From Amoebidium appalachense (lineage: Eukaryota > Protista > Ichthyosporea): DNA of 64,000 bases. The first letter of the stretch is position 1. Each line of letters starts with the position of its first letter. The translations under genes were made by a program, and so were the position numbers. Below the pieces are notes generated by a model. The model had not been told where the DNA came from, ran no database searches, and saw only the letters and a list, made by a program, of their open reading frames with translations. Shown piece by piece: positions 34,066-60,804 of this stretch. The stretch spans positions 1,389,817 to 1,453,816 of the forward strand of contig CAVNZM010000013.1 in assembly GCA_963693365.1 (NCBI GenBank), read 5' to 3'.

Positions 34066-34641
34066 CGTTGGGGGGGGGGGGGGGGGGGGGGGGGGTTAGG
34101 GTGGGGGGGAAGCAGGAAGAAGGGCAGGGCAAGGGGGGGAGGGGGAGGGGAGAAGAGGGTAACAAGAGATTGAGAGAGACTAAAGGGGGGGTAGGAGGGT
34201 GGGAGGTAAAGAGATCCTGTAAATGGATATGTGTTGTGAATTTCCTAATATTTTATCGCTCTCTCTCAACCGCCCAACCAAACCATCCATGCATCCTACA
34301 AGAAGTTTGTGAACTCTATTTCTAGCTCCATTGAGGGATACTAATTTTTCATCAGTGTACAGTACATGCATACATACACAGAATAGTATTCTTGCATTAG
34401 AGTATACGTAATTCTTCACAACAACGAGCAGAGAAAGCATTCATCCAAATACCGGCCAACTATTAATCTCGACCATACACATAATACCTACCAATCACTT
34501 AACCTATCTGACCATCTAAATCATTACGGAAAAAATTTCTGTTTCGCTTTTCACAATCCTTCGGAACCTGCCTTAGCTAAAAGGCTCCTACTAGCACCTA
34601 ACCATACTAAATTCGGACATTTTCCATGGAAGTGATACACA

Positions 34642-37268
34642 CTAGCATCTAACCATGCTCAATTCCCGACATTTTCCATGGAAATGTTCAGGCATAAACC
34701 GATTTTCCTCATACAGCTCCAAAAAGTGATAGGGCCACCCCCAGGCAAGCTCCTTCATTCGCTGCATCCTGCCGCCATCCACGCGGCTCGCGGAATTCTC
34801 CATCTCCATCTCACCGGGATCGGTCCTCAGATCGGTGTAAAACTTCTGCCCGTCTCCATAAAAGGCAAACTTTTCCATTCCCTCGATTACGGCTACAAAT
34901 TCCATCGTGTAAGGGGAGCTAATCAGCGCACGAGCATCCGGATCGCGCCGCATTAGCGATCGGCCAATCCCGTGCTGCCAAAACCCGCCGTTAATTTGCG
35001 CCAAATCGAGCATGTCGACAACGGTGGCCATAATGTCGACATGGCTCGCCGGCCGGTCAATCCGTTTCCCGCGGTCGTGCGAATTCAGGCCAGGTGCGAG
35101 AACGAGCAGCGGCACGTGCACCATCTCCTGGTGCAATGGGTCGTTTTCGTTGTCGTCAATCAACTTGTTGTGTTCGCCAGTGGGAAAACCGTGGTCCCCC
35201 AAGACTAGCACAACCGTGTTATTGAGCACCCCCGTGGAGTTGAGTGTTTCTATTAATAGATTCACGTGATGGTCGACATAGTTCACTGCTTGCAACTTGG
35301 CGGCGTCGCTTTTCCCGCGCGCGATTCCGCTGAAGTCCGCCGCCGTGTAGTTGGGCGGCATCCTAAATGGGTGGTGGCCCGATATGGTGTATGCGATAGT
35401 AAGAAACGGAGTGTTGTTTTTATGCAACCCCACCAAATCATTGGCCAAAACCGCGAGACCCAATTGGTCGTGGTAACCCCACGAGAACCCAGGTGTGGGG
35501 AGGCCTAACTCTGCGGCCCTCTGGGCATAGTGCGGCGCCCCTAGAACCGTGTCAAACCCGTGCGATGGCAAGAACTCTTCCCACCCGTCCCAGTTTATGT
35601 TTGCGCTCGACTGAAAACGCGTGTGATAGCCGTGGTCTTTCATAAGCCCTGGGAGCCCCGTCATACGAATCCTGCTCCCGCGGGTTGTCGCCGGTTCGAC
35701 GTTGAGCTCGGGTAGTGTGCCAAAAAGAACGGATGGGATACTGCGACTAGTGGCTATTCCGTTAGAGTAGTAGTTGCTGAAAAGCACGCCCTCGCGAGAC
35801 AGACGATCAAGATTGGGCGTCGGGCTGGCAGTGTTTTTTAACCGCCCTAGGGGGTCTAACACACCCATGTCGTTTGCTTTGAACGATTCGAGCATCAAAA
35901 TTAGAACGTTGGGTTTGGTTCCCCACTGAAATTTCACATCGAATTCCTTTAACCCTGTATATCCGGTGGTTTTCCGCCATAACGGGTATCTTTCGGCATT
36001 ATTATGATGATGGTGCGGGTGTTTCGGGCGAACAAACAACTCCGTCGAGCCAAACATGGCGTCGTCGGCAAGGTCACCGGGGCGGAGTCTGGCGGGGGGG
36101 GGTCGAATTCGACGCGGTAAAACCCCAAAACTTGGGCCTCGAGGCGGTAGGTGGCATTGTCGATGCGGTAGTGAAGCTGCTTGCTCCCGGCCATATATGT
36201 CGCAACCATAGCCAAGAACAAAATGCACACAGTACCCAGACCCATGGCTCCAACCTGCCGCAACCGCTGACTTGGGGTGAGGTGTGCCGCAAGCCTCAAC
36301 CAGAGAAACGCCGCAAAATCGAAGAGAATTACGGAGAGGGTAAAAGCAGCCGCCAGAACGTATGGGTGAGTTAGACTGAAGGGTAATTTTTCCGTTTCCT
36401 CAGCGACGGAATCACGCCCGGCCGTGGCCAAATCCTTGACCAGGCGCACGTACGCTTTGTTTACTCGCTGCTCCTGGACGTTTGCAAACAGTAGAAGATC
36501 TGCCCACGCCCACACCGTGCTGACGAAATAAGCCGCGCCCAACACCAGCGCGCGTGAAAGGCGGAACAAAAACCAGAAAAAACGAAGGGGTTTTAAGGGA
36601 CGCAGGGTTCTGCACCGCGCAAGAAACATAGCGCCAACGGTGGCGAAGGCGGCGTCGAGGACAAAAAACAGAGTCATGCTCTGGGAGAGCACACAGGCGT
36701 CCTGCGCCAGCCCACACAGCCAGCCAAACATTATCTCCCTCGGCGTGAAGTTGTCAATTTTCGCGTTCTTGGCCAGCATGTACGTTCTGCTCACTAAGGG
36801 GATAAACGATACTATTACCACGAGTGCAACCCACGACACAGTCAACTGTGGTTGAGACGATGTTCTTTCAAATTGCTTGCTAGCATTGGCTTCAGTAATT
36901 ATGACTAGTGGAATGTACCCACTTAGGGCGTCTTCCCTCCCGCAGTCATTAGAAATATAGGATAAAGCTGCGCCACGTGGGAAAAAACGTGACTTTTTCG
37001 AAGGTACTCGGGTCGTGGGCACGGGTAGTGGGGAGGCTACGGGTGATGGCACGATCAACCCAGCTTCGGCATCGTCTGAAAGCCAAGCACCATCACTCAT
37101 GTTATCGGTTGAATCTGTAATGGCTATAAGCGGCACTTCGTGTAATGTGTGATCATTTCTGCAAATACCCATGTCTACGTGTGCTTCTGTTGATGGTTGT
37201 ACACTAAGTCGGCCAGACCTGGAAACATCAGCGGCCCGTGGGGAACGTGCTGTGTGTGATGATGGCAT
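34642..37268 (-). CDS. Membrane-anchored LTA-synthase(LtaS)-like sulfatase/alkaline-phosphatase superfamily protein, intronless, frameshift at G9 run 36094-36102
   Basis: N-terminal ORF with several TM helices; C-terminal ORF has PNVLILMLESF, TPNLDRL, NGIATSRS (Thr nucleophile), TISGHHPF, LGDHG, HVPLL, SHVDI; the two frames overlap at the homopolymer. Confidence 0.85.
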
Positions 37269-40227
37269 CCTTCGAGATTGATCAGCTAGAAAAAACCATG
37301 AATAGCCAACACAAACTACTAAAGAGAGCTACACCTACCACAAAACATAAAATTTCCCTAAAAAAGTTTCGAAACCACCTCAGTTTACCACAACTTGTCT
37401 GTCATTCACGAAACCACAGCTGTGGTAACGAGAGACTTCAAATTTTGGGTGCACAGTGGTGACGGGCTGACGGGATGACAAGAGCGTGATCCATGTGAGA
37501 AATTGTGATGTAGCGCTTCGCCTTTGTGATTGGCTCAAGTCGCACCAGGTAAATCCCCCAACACTCTGCATACACAAAATAATTTAGCCAGCTTTTCACT
37601 GAGACACTACATACACTGACACTGTCCACTGTGTCCAGGTCAGAAAGCCTGGCTATGGCAATTTTTCATTCGTGAGACTTTCTTGATTGATTAACTACCT
37701 ACGTCATCGGATTTGAATTCCCTTTCAGTATATAAACCGTTACATCTTTTAAATATGTTTCAACGGGAGTCTGTGATCCATCCTGCCAACCTTCTTCTCT
37801 ACTATAGAACTTTCTTACGGCGACTTTCGAATATGGACTTCCGCTATTGGCCTGCGCCCCACCTCGCGGCGCTGAAAGAGTTCGACGATTTTCAGGGTAC
37901 TGCGCTGCGCATGTGCACTTTGTTTCGTATTCGGTTTGTGCCTCCCTTAATTATAGTATGTTTGGATTGTCGTCTGCTGTTTGTCGTATGGAGGAATTGT
38001 CTCTTCATTTTTCTTTTCATTTAGTTAGGATACCTGATGGTCACCCTCTTTATGCTTTCTTTGCCCCCCCCTCCCTCCATCCCTCTTCCCCTTCGATTCA
38101 CCAACGCCACTTCTGAATGTCCTCGGCCTACCGTCTTTCAACCGTGATCCTTCCTCTCGCTATCTCACTCCCTCTTCCTTTTCTCTTCCTGTTTTTTCTG
38201 CCTTTTCGAGTTAACGTTATTACCATACGCAGTATAAGTTTCTTTCTCGTTCTGATAGAGAAATCAAAGGTAAAACTCAGTCGGCATGTGTTATGTTCCT
38301 TAGGCAACACCGTACTGATGATCATTATCGCTTTTTGGGAGCTTTGGCAGGATACATTTCTCCTTCTGTACGTATGGATACCACCCTAGTAGATAAGTCT
38401 GTATAGTGCTCTGATGTTGATATTGCCTGGGAAGTTGTGCAGTGGCGTTGTAATTCTTGTTTTCATCGCCGCTGGTGCCACTTTTGTGCTGAACTTTTTA
38501 ATCGCAAGCATGTTGATAGGTGTGAGTTTTTATGTCACGTTTTACCTCTTTCCCTACGGGTGTCTGCTACACTGGCTGGCAATATTAATGTGAACACTTT
38601 AGACTTTTTGTTGAATTCTGTTGGTCGTCACATTGAGTATTTATATGATTTTCACACAGTGTTCAGGTATCTCAGTATGCACTTGTTACTGGATAGCTCG
38701 TGAAGTTTTTATTGTCTTCTCGGTATGCGTGCATACTTGCATATCTTTCCGTCGAATAAATCCAGTCAAAAGAAATTTTTTTTCATTGTTAATATTTGAT
38801 TAGGACTTAAATCTTTAGTTTAGGCAAAGAAAAACCGCCGGGGAGGGGGGGGGGGGGGTTAAGAATCATACTATATGCCCGGTAAATATCGGAATATCCT
38901 ATACATAGGACATTGGAGTCTCAGGACAGGATCCGAGATCTCGAGCTCTGCAGGATGAGATCTCTGCAGGATGAGATCTCGAGCTCGTGCTCATGTGTGA
39001 GGGCCCCACGGGGTGACGGGCCAGGTCCGGATCCCAGCTGCATGCTGAGTCCATTTTGTGGGCTGGGCTCTCAACATTTGTGCAAGCCAATTTTTCATGC
39101 TAATTATAGCTCAAGTACTATTTATCATTTAATAATATAGTCTCCAAGTTCGTCTCACGATCGGAGAAAGCTGGCAATTAAGCATGTACATATCTGTATA
39201 TTGCATAATCGAGCTATTCTTTTGTTCATGTACATGTGTCACATGTGATTTGAATGGCCCTCGTCACCCCGGGTATTCGTTTGTTTCGCGGCGGGCATGC
39301 ACATGTTGTATTCAATCACAATGTGGCGTTGCCGTTGGAAAGGCCGGCCGGCGCGCCACGTCAACGTACGTACGACTCTGAGTCGAGAGTGACCGTGCAC
39401 TGCAGCGTCGTGTTCATTGATCGATATCGATATCGATGGTGACTCCCAGCATGTACACATGGACAAACAATTTTTTTTGTTCCTGGAGAAAACAACGCAT
39501 ATTCCAATTATTAGTAAAATACATCTAAAGTCCACATAAGTGTCCTACGACGCAGCCCACACGCCATAAGACCTTCAACATTGATCATTGCTCTCTGCTG
39601 AGATCCCTGGATCTAACTGGCCGTTACTTAATTTACGAGTTTGGGGGGATCATGCCATGTCGCAAGCTCATTGGATGCGCAAGTACCATAAAGCGAAAGC
39701 AACTTGTACGTGCACACGTGGCCGGCTGGCAAGCGCTTGAACTTTAAAGGTGTAAATTTTATTTTACTATCAAATTTCCTAACACACAATAGATAATAAA
39801 CCAACAATAAACTTATTACAATGCATTTCAAGGCCTGTAGCAAGCAGAATATATCTCTGTGTAAAGGATTTGACTCAGCAAAAATGACCATGTCGTAATT
39901 TGAGCGGGAGCTTGCACATAGCGGGGGCATGGGAGCAAGTTGAAATGGCCAATCGTCATCGTCGCGGATATCGTCATATCCGAGGGTCACAGCTAATTTA
40001 GAAAGATAGCGGGAAACACGTGATTTATTGACACGTGTGTTATTGAAGCTGCGCCATGCACAGCTACGCTATTGCATTTATAACAGTTTTGTTAATATTC
40101 AAGGCTACCTATTAAATGCATAGTCATGATCACAACAAAGAGTTTCTGCTTGTCTGTGACAGTCACTCTCTAGCGAGATTACATTCAATAGCAACGTTGT
40201 CGACGTCCAAGTGTGTTGTTCACATTC

Positions 40228-40263
<36 letters not shown>

Positions 40264-40562
40264 CAACAACACACACACACAACAAAAAAAAAAAAGATCA
40301 CCTCCCCCCAAACAACAACAACAAAAAATACACACACCTGACACATACACAAACTACCTACCACCACAACTACCACCACGAAAGTAAATGAATGAACGAA
40401 CCAAAGAAAAACAAAAAGGTGAATTTACACAATCAGAATCTGATAATTATCGTCCCAACTCCTACCACAGCCAACAATACATTACACCACCACAAACAAC
40501 AACAAACATAATACGAACATTCAATATAATTTACATTTAAATCTAGATGCCAATCAAAAACT

Positions 40563-53213
<12,651 letters not shown>

Positions 53214-53641
53214 GTTTTCACGTCGCACAAACACGACAAACCAGAAGAGAAGAAAAAAAACTTTGAAACTCTCTAGGGCTGACTGAACAGAAAAAACCAG
53301 GAGAAAAAAAAATAAAGGGGAAGAAAAATGCGACATTTCTACCATACACCATTATGATTGGTGTACATAAATAAAACCTTGATGTCCGGTCCTCCAATCA
53401 GCAAGAGCCATAGGGTATGATGACGTAATGGTGATCCATTTTGCTCAGTAGCCAATCAGATCTGAGGACATCCGGTGACCGATCCGTGGACCGTGATGCA
53501 CCGATATCCGACAGTCGGACAAGTCGAAGGCAGCTGCAGGGCCTCGGTCACATATCGCCTATCCACTGGCCACACATGAACACACGTGCACGGTGACGCG
53601 CACACGCATACACGTACACCATGGTATGACACACAGACACG

Positions 53642-53716
<75 letters not shown>

Positions 53717-53866
53717 TATGTGCAGTGGACACTAACAAGCGCACATGAAAAGTCAAATAATATCAGATTAGCAAGGGGTTCGTGCGGGTTTAATAATTAT
53801 GCCAGCCTGAAATCATCACTACTACACATCCATGTTCGCTGACCTGTTCCTTCCCCCCGGCCCCCC

Positions 53867-53918
<52 letters not shown>

Positions 53919-54551
53919 CCTCCTCACCCGCCCCTTTCAAAGCATCCATGGCTCAATCTACCTAACTTTGCAGTGCTGGCTCTAATTAGCGCGCACGTCT
54001 TTCTCAGAGGCTCTCTCTGCGAGTGTTTGTGTTGTGTGTGTGTTTGACAATATTAGCCGGGCATGTCCGGCGGTGGAGTGATATATCCGATAGAAAGAAC
54101 CACATCGTGTACACATGCATGTCATGCATTATGAAATGCTTTCACAATTTTCAAGTGCCACGGTCTTTCTTCGGCAGTTACAGGTGCAAAATCCCCTTTT
54201 CACCCCCCGTGGCCCCAGCCGTACCCCTCGAGTCTCCCTCCATCCGCCTTCGGAGCTTCTCCTGAACCACCACCGTGACGTATATGCGTGCGACAGAAAT
54301 AATGTGCTCAACCAAGGGGGTTGGCGATTCGGTCGTATTTCGGCTGTTATTATCCCACCCCCTTCATCCCCCCCGTGCCCCCTTCCCTTCTCTTACCCAC
54401 TCACCCACCCACGTGGTAGAGTCTACTGGAGTGGCTAAAAATGAGAAATTTTCGATTCGAATTCCCTCCACTATCGCCCCCCCCCCCCCCCCCCCCCTCC
54501 ACCGAACCTTTGACATCATTTTTTTATGCAACTCGGGCACCAGTCCCCGAT

Positions 54552-54593
<42 letters not shown>

Positions 54594-54858
54594 CCACACA
54601 CACACACACACACACACACTAAGAAAAGAACATCTTTCAAAAAGAAACAGGCAAAGACTTCCTCCTCCTCCTCACCCCAAACTTTACAATTAAAAAACTT
54701 GCTTGTTCAGGTGCATCTTTCTCTCTCTCTCTCTCTCCCCCCTCCCTCCCCCCCCCCCCCCCCCCCCTTCTCCCCTCCCCCCCCCCCCCCCCCCCCCCCC
54801 CGCCTCTCCTCCCTGAACCGTCGAACAGTGATCTAGGTCAATCCGTCATGTGCAACCG

Positions 54859-54896
<38 letters not shown>

Positions 54897-55128
54897 ACAC
54901 ACACACACCTTCTCTCCTTCCCTCCCTCCGCGCATGCGCGCGCCCACATACTGCCTATTAGCTTGTGACTACCATGCCCATGTGGGCCGCCTGGATGCAT
55001 GCACACACACACCCACCCAGGCACTCGGGCACAAGCATACACACGTGCTCCCGTAAACGCGCGTGCACACACACACACACAGTCACACACACACACTGTG
55101 CCACACACATACACACACACACACTGTG

Positions 55129-55176
<48 letters not shown>

Positions 55177-55187
55177 CACACACACAT

Positions 55188-55231
<44 letters not shown>

Positions 55232-55445
55232 CCTACGGGGTCGATTATCGTATCCACGTGCACCCTGACGCCAAAGAGTTATATTGACTTCAGACTGGTG
55301 GTGGTGGTGGCCATGGGAGGTGGAGGGGGTGTACGGGCGGCGGGGGGGAGACTTTCATTTCAACTTTCTCCTTGCCGATGGTAGTACCCCCTCCCCTCCC
55401 CCCCCCCCGGCCCCCCCCCCCCCCTCCCTTCCTGCTCTTAGGGGA

Positions 55446-55483
<38 letters not shown>

Positions 55484-56284
55484 GGAGCTTCTGCCATTCA
55501 TGAATGAGTTGTCACGAGTTCTAACGAGGGTCAAAGTAGCCTTTCTAAAATCAACTTGATACTTGGGGCAGTGGTATTGACCGTACTTGTGTGTGTGTCA
55601 GTCATATCTGTGTAATAGTTGTGACTCCATTGTGGGTGGGTGTGTGTGTACGTACACATGCGTGTAACCGAAAGTTAAGTTAGTATATGCATATGCATAC
55701 GGCCTTGCATTTGTGTGTGCGAATCCATCCATGCGTGTATCGGTGTGTGTGTAGTACATGTGTGCACGTGCACGCACGCGCGTGTGTGTGCATGCAAGTG
55801 CGTGTGTTCACGTGTGTGTTTGTACGTGTGTGTGTCGTGTGGCAGGTGTGTGCACGCGTGTGTGGGCTTGGCCGTGTGTGTGCATACACGTGTGTGTAAT
55901 CAGTATATACGGTCCCGGTGGTTGTGTGTGTGCGTTTTTGTGACACTGCCAGTGGGTGTTGTACACGTGTCAACGGTGTGTGTGTTTCTCCCTGTGTGCG
56001 TGTGTGTGTGAGTGCTTGTGTATGTTCCGGTATGTGTGTGTGTTTTTGTGTGTGTGCACACATGCCTGTACGCGTGTCTGTGTGCACGTGTGTGCGTTGT
56101 GTGTTTCTCGTTGTGTCACAGTATCTGTGTGCATGTCCCTATGTCCCAGCGTGTGTGTCACGGTCACAGTGCACCTTCGTTTGAAAGTTGTTTCTGACCT
56201 GGGTACCGGTCTAGCTGTGTGTTTGTGACTGTGTGTGTGTGTGCGTCATGGCGTTTGTGTCTGTGTGTGTGTGTGTGTTGCACA

Positions 56285-56351
<67 letters not shown>

Positions 56352-56624
56352 TGTGTGAGTGTGTGTGAGTGTGTGTGTGTGTGTGTGCGGGTGCGTGTAT
56401 ATGTGTGTGTGCGCGCGCGCGCGCGCGTGTGTGTGTACGGCGGTGAGTGCGCGCGCAGGCGTGTACGTGCGTACATGCCATGCTTGCGTGTGTGCGTGTG
56501 TCTGCTGCGCGTGTTACGAACCGTGTGTGCGTGCACGTTATGAGTGTGTACATGCGTTTGTGTGTGTGTGCCACTATGAGCTCGTGACTTTGTAAGCGGC
56601 GGCAACCATCGAGGGATCGAGAGG

Positions 56625-56668
<44 letters not shown>

Positions 56669-57920
56669 GACTGAGGTTGGTGGAGTCACTGGCCGGGGCC
56701 CGCTCAGTTTGAGGCTTTCAGATACAAAAGTTAGCTGCCAATTATGGCTTATCTCTTTGTGGACTAGTCATATTTGGAAACTTTGCGAAAGTGCTCACTG
56801 GCAGGGCTTGGGCCGCAGCAGAAAGCGCACCCAGGGTGAAAATTATTTGTTCCTACATGTCGTTAATAAACAGCACATTCCCCCCTTTATTACTTAAAAC
56901 TTTAGTTGGAGACACTTTGGCAGCTTTCCCTCGCATTATCGATGGCACGGATACCAATCACCAACATGTTTTAGGTTTTGTTTTTTTCCCCGTATATTTT
57001 GCCCCTGCTAGGCCCACATCATCAAGTAAAGTTTCAGTTGCAAATTTAATTGACTTGAAAGGTGCCGTGGCCCGGCGGTGCGCCCCTTGGCCAGGGTGTA
57101 AAAATTATTTTGGCAGGTGCCATTTAGCAACTTTCCCCCTGCCTGCATGGCCCTAATAGGGCAATCATCAACCTTTCTTAGGGGTATTATTTTTAAATTT
57201 TGGCTGTATCAGAGCCACTGGTTAAAAAGTGGTGGGCCTAACAAAAAGGCTAGGGGCACTTTTCGGAGTTCCAGGGACAATTCTTTGGCCATTTCACACC
57301 AAATATTTTTGGCTCAGCCGTGGGCCGGGGCCGCCCCGGTTACATTAGAGGTTTAATACACTGGCATCGGTGATCAACTGTGATGAGAGACCATGATGAA
57401 GCTGGGCATGGAATTATTAGCTTTTCTAAAAAGTTTTCAATACTATATACATATAAATATAAGTTCATAGTATCTACATGTTCATGTGTCTGTGCAGCTA
57501 TAGTATCTTGTTCAGGTGCATAAATATGTAACTCGCATGGTACCAAGTAGAAGCGGTATCATGAGTGCCCACGTGCCGCACAAAGCCTCTGGTATGCGGA
57601 CGAGCATCGCAAGAGGCGCCCTTACAGCCAACCAATTCATTCCACTGAACGAAAAACGCATTCCTTAATCATACTGCATAAAAACTGCCCGCAGTGACAT
57701 CAGCGGCGCATAGTCATCGGACAACAGGACATTTCGACTGAAGTTGGCCCATAGCTCATACATTTGTTTTTTCTCTTTTTTTATTTCTAATTCAAATAAT
57801 AGGACAAAACTTTTAGGAATAGACAGCCCTATTTTCAAAATACTTAGAACCATTTCTAACTGGCAAGCCTGCCCACACGCGCCAACCAGAGTTTATCATC
57901 CCACATGGCGCTATGCAAAC

Positions 57921-58091
57921 CAAGGCATTGGTTCGATTCGTGTGAAAAGCCAGATTGCCAGATTGCCAGATTAAAAGCCGCCTCGCCAAAAATGGTTATT
58001 CGTCGATCAATCGAATCGGAACGTAAAATTTAAACAAAAATTTAAGGCCAGATTCAATTTGACCCCCTCTTCCAGATTCCAGAATCTGGCG

Positions 58092-58123
<32 letters not shown>

Positions 58124-59257
58124 TTTCCAGATTGCCAGATTGACCCTGCGCCTTACGATTGGCCGTGCCAGCACCATATAAAGTTCGTATCCAATCCTAG
58201 GCGTTTTGCCTTATTAGTATAGCTTTTCAAAAATGCATAAAACTTGGTAATAAATGCCCATTTAACAAAATAAAAATTATTTAAATAATATTTCAAAACT
58301 ATTATTGTTCATTAAGATAAGCCAAGGTATTATATTACCGCGCAAAATGGCAAGTGCCTTCTTGACCCAAAAAGCTAGATTTTAGCTCTACAAGAACCGG
58401 ACCGAAATCTAGCCTTTCTGGAATGCCATCAAAATTCTGGCATTCTGGCAATCTGGCAATCTGGCTTTTCACACGAATCGAACCATTGCCGGACCGGACC
58501 GACGGTTCGGCCGGTCCAGGGATAGGATCGGACCGGACCGGCCCTCGCTTTGGCGGACCGGTTATTCTGGGCCGCTTTTTCCGAGGTCATTTAAGTTGTG
58601 TTTTTTTGCCCCCGAGGTAGACCGTCACAGTTCATAGTGTCCCCAGCACTACTAATTCCCCCCTTCCCTCCCTTCCCCATTTCTCTGCCCTTTCTTCTCC
58701 ACCCTCTCCCCTCACTTTCCTCACACTCACGCTCTCCATTCTAAAATCTCGTTAGTACACTCGACAGGATCACTAAGATCTCTGACACAAGAGACAGGTC
58801 ATGACACTCCCATGAGATTATGCAGTGCGCCAGTGGCTCACACCCGAGCCACAAAGTAAATAAAAGGAGGAGAGCATCTGTTGCTTGTGCTAGCAAGCGC
58901 CATATACTGTAGCCAGTGGGAAAGCTATCACTAGTACTGCGGAGCTGAGAGGGCACTGATGGTAGTGTGCACATGCATGGGAGGGGGGGTAAGCTTGATG
59001 GGAGGGTGCACGGCAAGGGAGGGAGAGAAGCCTTGCTAAGAAGGGCCCGAGGTCACAAAGCCTTTCGGGGAGGGTGGGGAGGGGGCGGGCTACGGCTGGG
59101 CCTGGCAGTGGGGCCGGCGGCAAGTTGCAACTGGGCCCGGGGGGCCCGGGGGGGAGGGGGAGCCCGCGAGGGAGGGGGGGGGGGGGGGGGGGGGGGAGGG
59201 GGAAACTGCCAAGGATAGTTTAGGGAGGGGGAGGTCCCGGGGCCCGCGGGTCCCGGG

Positions 59258-59291
<34 letters not shown>

Positions 59292-59391
59292 GCCGCAGAC
59301 CCCCGAAAAGGACCGAATTCGGACCGGGACCGGACCGATGAAGGTCTGGACCGGACCGGACCGGACCGATAGGGGGGTGAGCAATGCCTTG
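57921..59391. mobile_element. Non-autonomous hAT-like element
   Basis: 8-bp TSD ATGCAAAC (57913-57920, 59392-59399); TIR CAAGGCATTGC/GCAATGCCTTG once the nested insert is removed; subterminal GGACC repeats at both ends; no transposase ORF. Confidence 0.8.
57930..58484. mobile_element. MITE nested in the left TIR of the hAT-like element
   Basis: ~40-bp perfect TIR GGTTCGATTCGTGTGAAAAGCCAGATTGCCAGATTGCCAGA; ATT duplicated on both sides (alternatively a 5-bp CATTG TSD); Harbinger-like assignment tentative. Confidence 0.8.
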
Positions 59392-59619
59392 ATGCAAACA
59401 AGTTAAAACAAGGTAAACAAATGCTGATTGGTCAAGACTAAAGCCACAAAACCAAAAATAGCTGTTTTGGTAAATTCCCTGAAAAAATAAAGATGATCAG
59501 CCGCCAGTGGCCCGCCACTGAGTTTTCGGGCGCGCCAGGGACAGGGTGTGAAATTCGCTTTTTGCTGGCTGCCTTTTTAGCACCTTTTCCTGAGCCTGAA
59601 TGTCCCTAATAGAGCGACC

Positions 59620-59666
<47 letters not shown>

Positions 59667-59855
59667 TGTATTATGTAGAGTAACTGGTTGAAAAGTTGGT
59701 GGACTTCACCTGAAAAGTTAGGGACATTTTTCGAGGTTTCCCACAAAAATTTCACAGCCTGTCCCCGTTCCCAAATGATAAGGCCTACTCAGAGCGCACA
59801 ATAAAAAGCCACCACGCCTGCTCACGACCACTATTGTAGTTTTACACTTTGCATA

Positions 59856-60773
59856 ATGTCGAGGGTAGGACTTCTCGCGGCGTTAGCCGCGGTCGCCAGC
59901 GCCGTTTCACTGCGCGAGGCGAAGGAAAACTCTACCGCCCCATCTCAAGGGAGTGCAGGCTACGCTGGAAACTCGACCGTTTCTTACGCAGGCAACTCCA
60001 CAGCCACATATTCCTTCGCCTACACGCTACCCAACACTGAAAAATGGCCTACGCTCGGTCAGTACCTCAACTTCACCAACACTCTCTCTGACGATGCGGA
60101 GGTTGTTACCCCCTTCGAGGAGAAGTGGTCTCTCTTTGTCCCCGGATATGAGAACATCACAAACTGCATTGGGTGGTGTGACTCCGTCCCTGGTATGCGC
60201 GTTATGCCCGCGACGTTCGAAGACGTTCGCAAGAGCGTCGAATTTGCAAAAGAGCACGGCCTGCGCGTGTCTGTGGTTTCCTCCGGACACGACTACAACG
60301 GAAAGAACACCTATCCGGGTTCGCTCCAAATCGTGACGAAGAAACTCAAAGGTATGTCCTATGACAAGGACAAGAAAACGGTCACTGTTCAGTCGGGCGT
60401 TCAGGTCGGAGACACACTCGAGACTCTTGACGGCAACGAGAGGGTGGTGGTGACTGGGCGGCTTCCTTCCGTTGCACTGGCTGGAATCACGCTGGGTGCC
60501 GGTCATGGTGTGCTGAGCCGTCGTTACGGGTTTGCCGTGGACAACGCTTTGTCGTTCAAGGTGAGTCGTGTGAGATTTTTTTCGGGATTTGTTTTCGGAT
60601 GTTCGAAATCGATGTGCGATATGACTGGCAATGGAGGAGTGAAGATCGATGTGGGTGGGTTTGAAAAAGGTCCATCTTTCTCTGTGTATGTTCGTACGTC
60701 TGTGTGTGTGTGTACTGTACGTGCGCATGTGTTCGCTTCTGTGTGTGTGTGAGGGTTTTTTTTTTTTTTTTTT

Positions 60774-60804
<31 letters not shown>

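Noticed and set aside
38928-38952. Vector polylinker contamination (AGATCTCGAGCTC)
   Set aside because: Match is short, internally duplicated and lacks any other vector sequence.
53456-55560. Additional minus-strand gene ending VDRRYVTEALQLP...CPQI*
   Set aside because: Upstream exons ambiguous; no recognisable homology.
57312-57346. Helitron 3' hairpin (ccggggccgccccgg)
   Set aside because: No clean CTAG|T end or identifiable 5' TC boundary.
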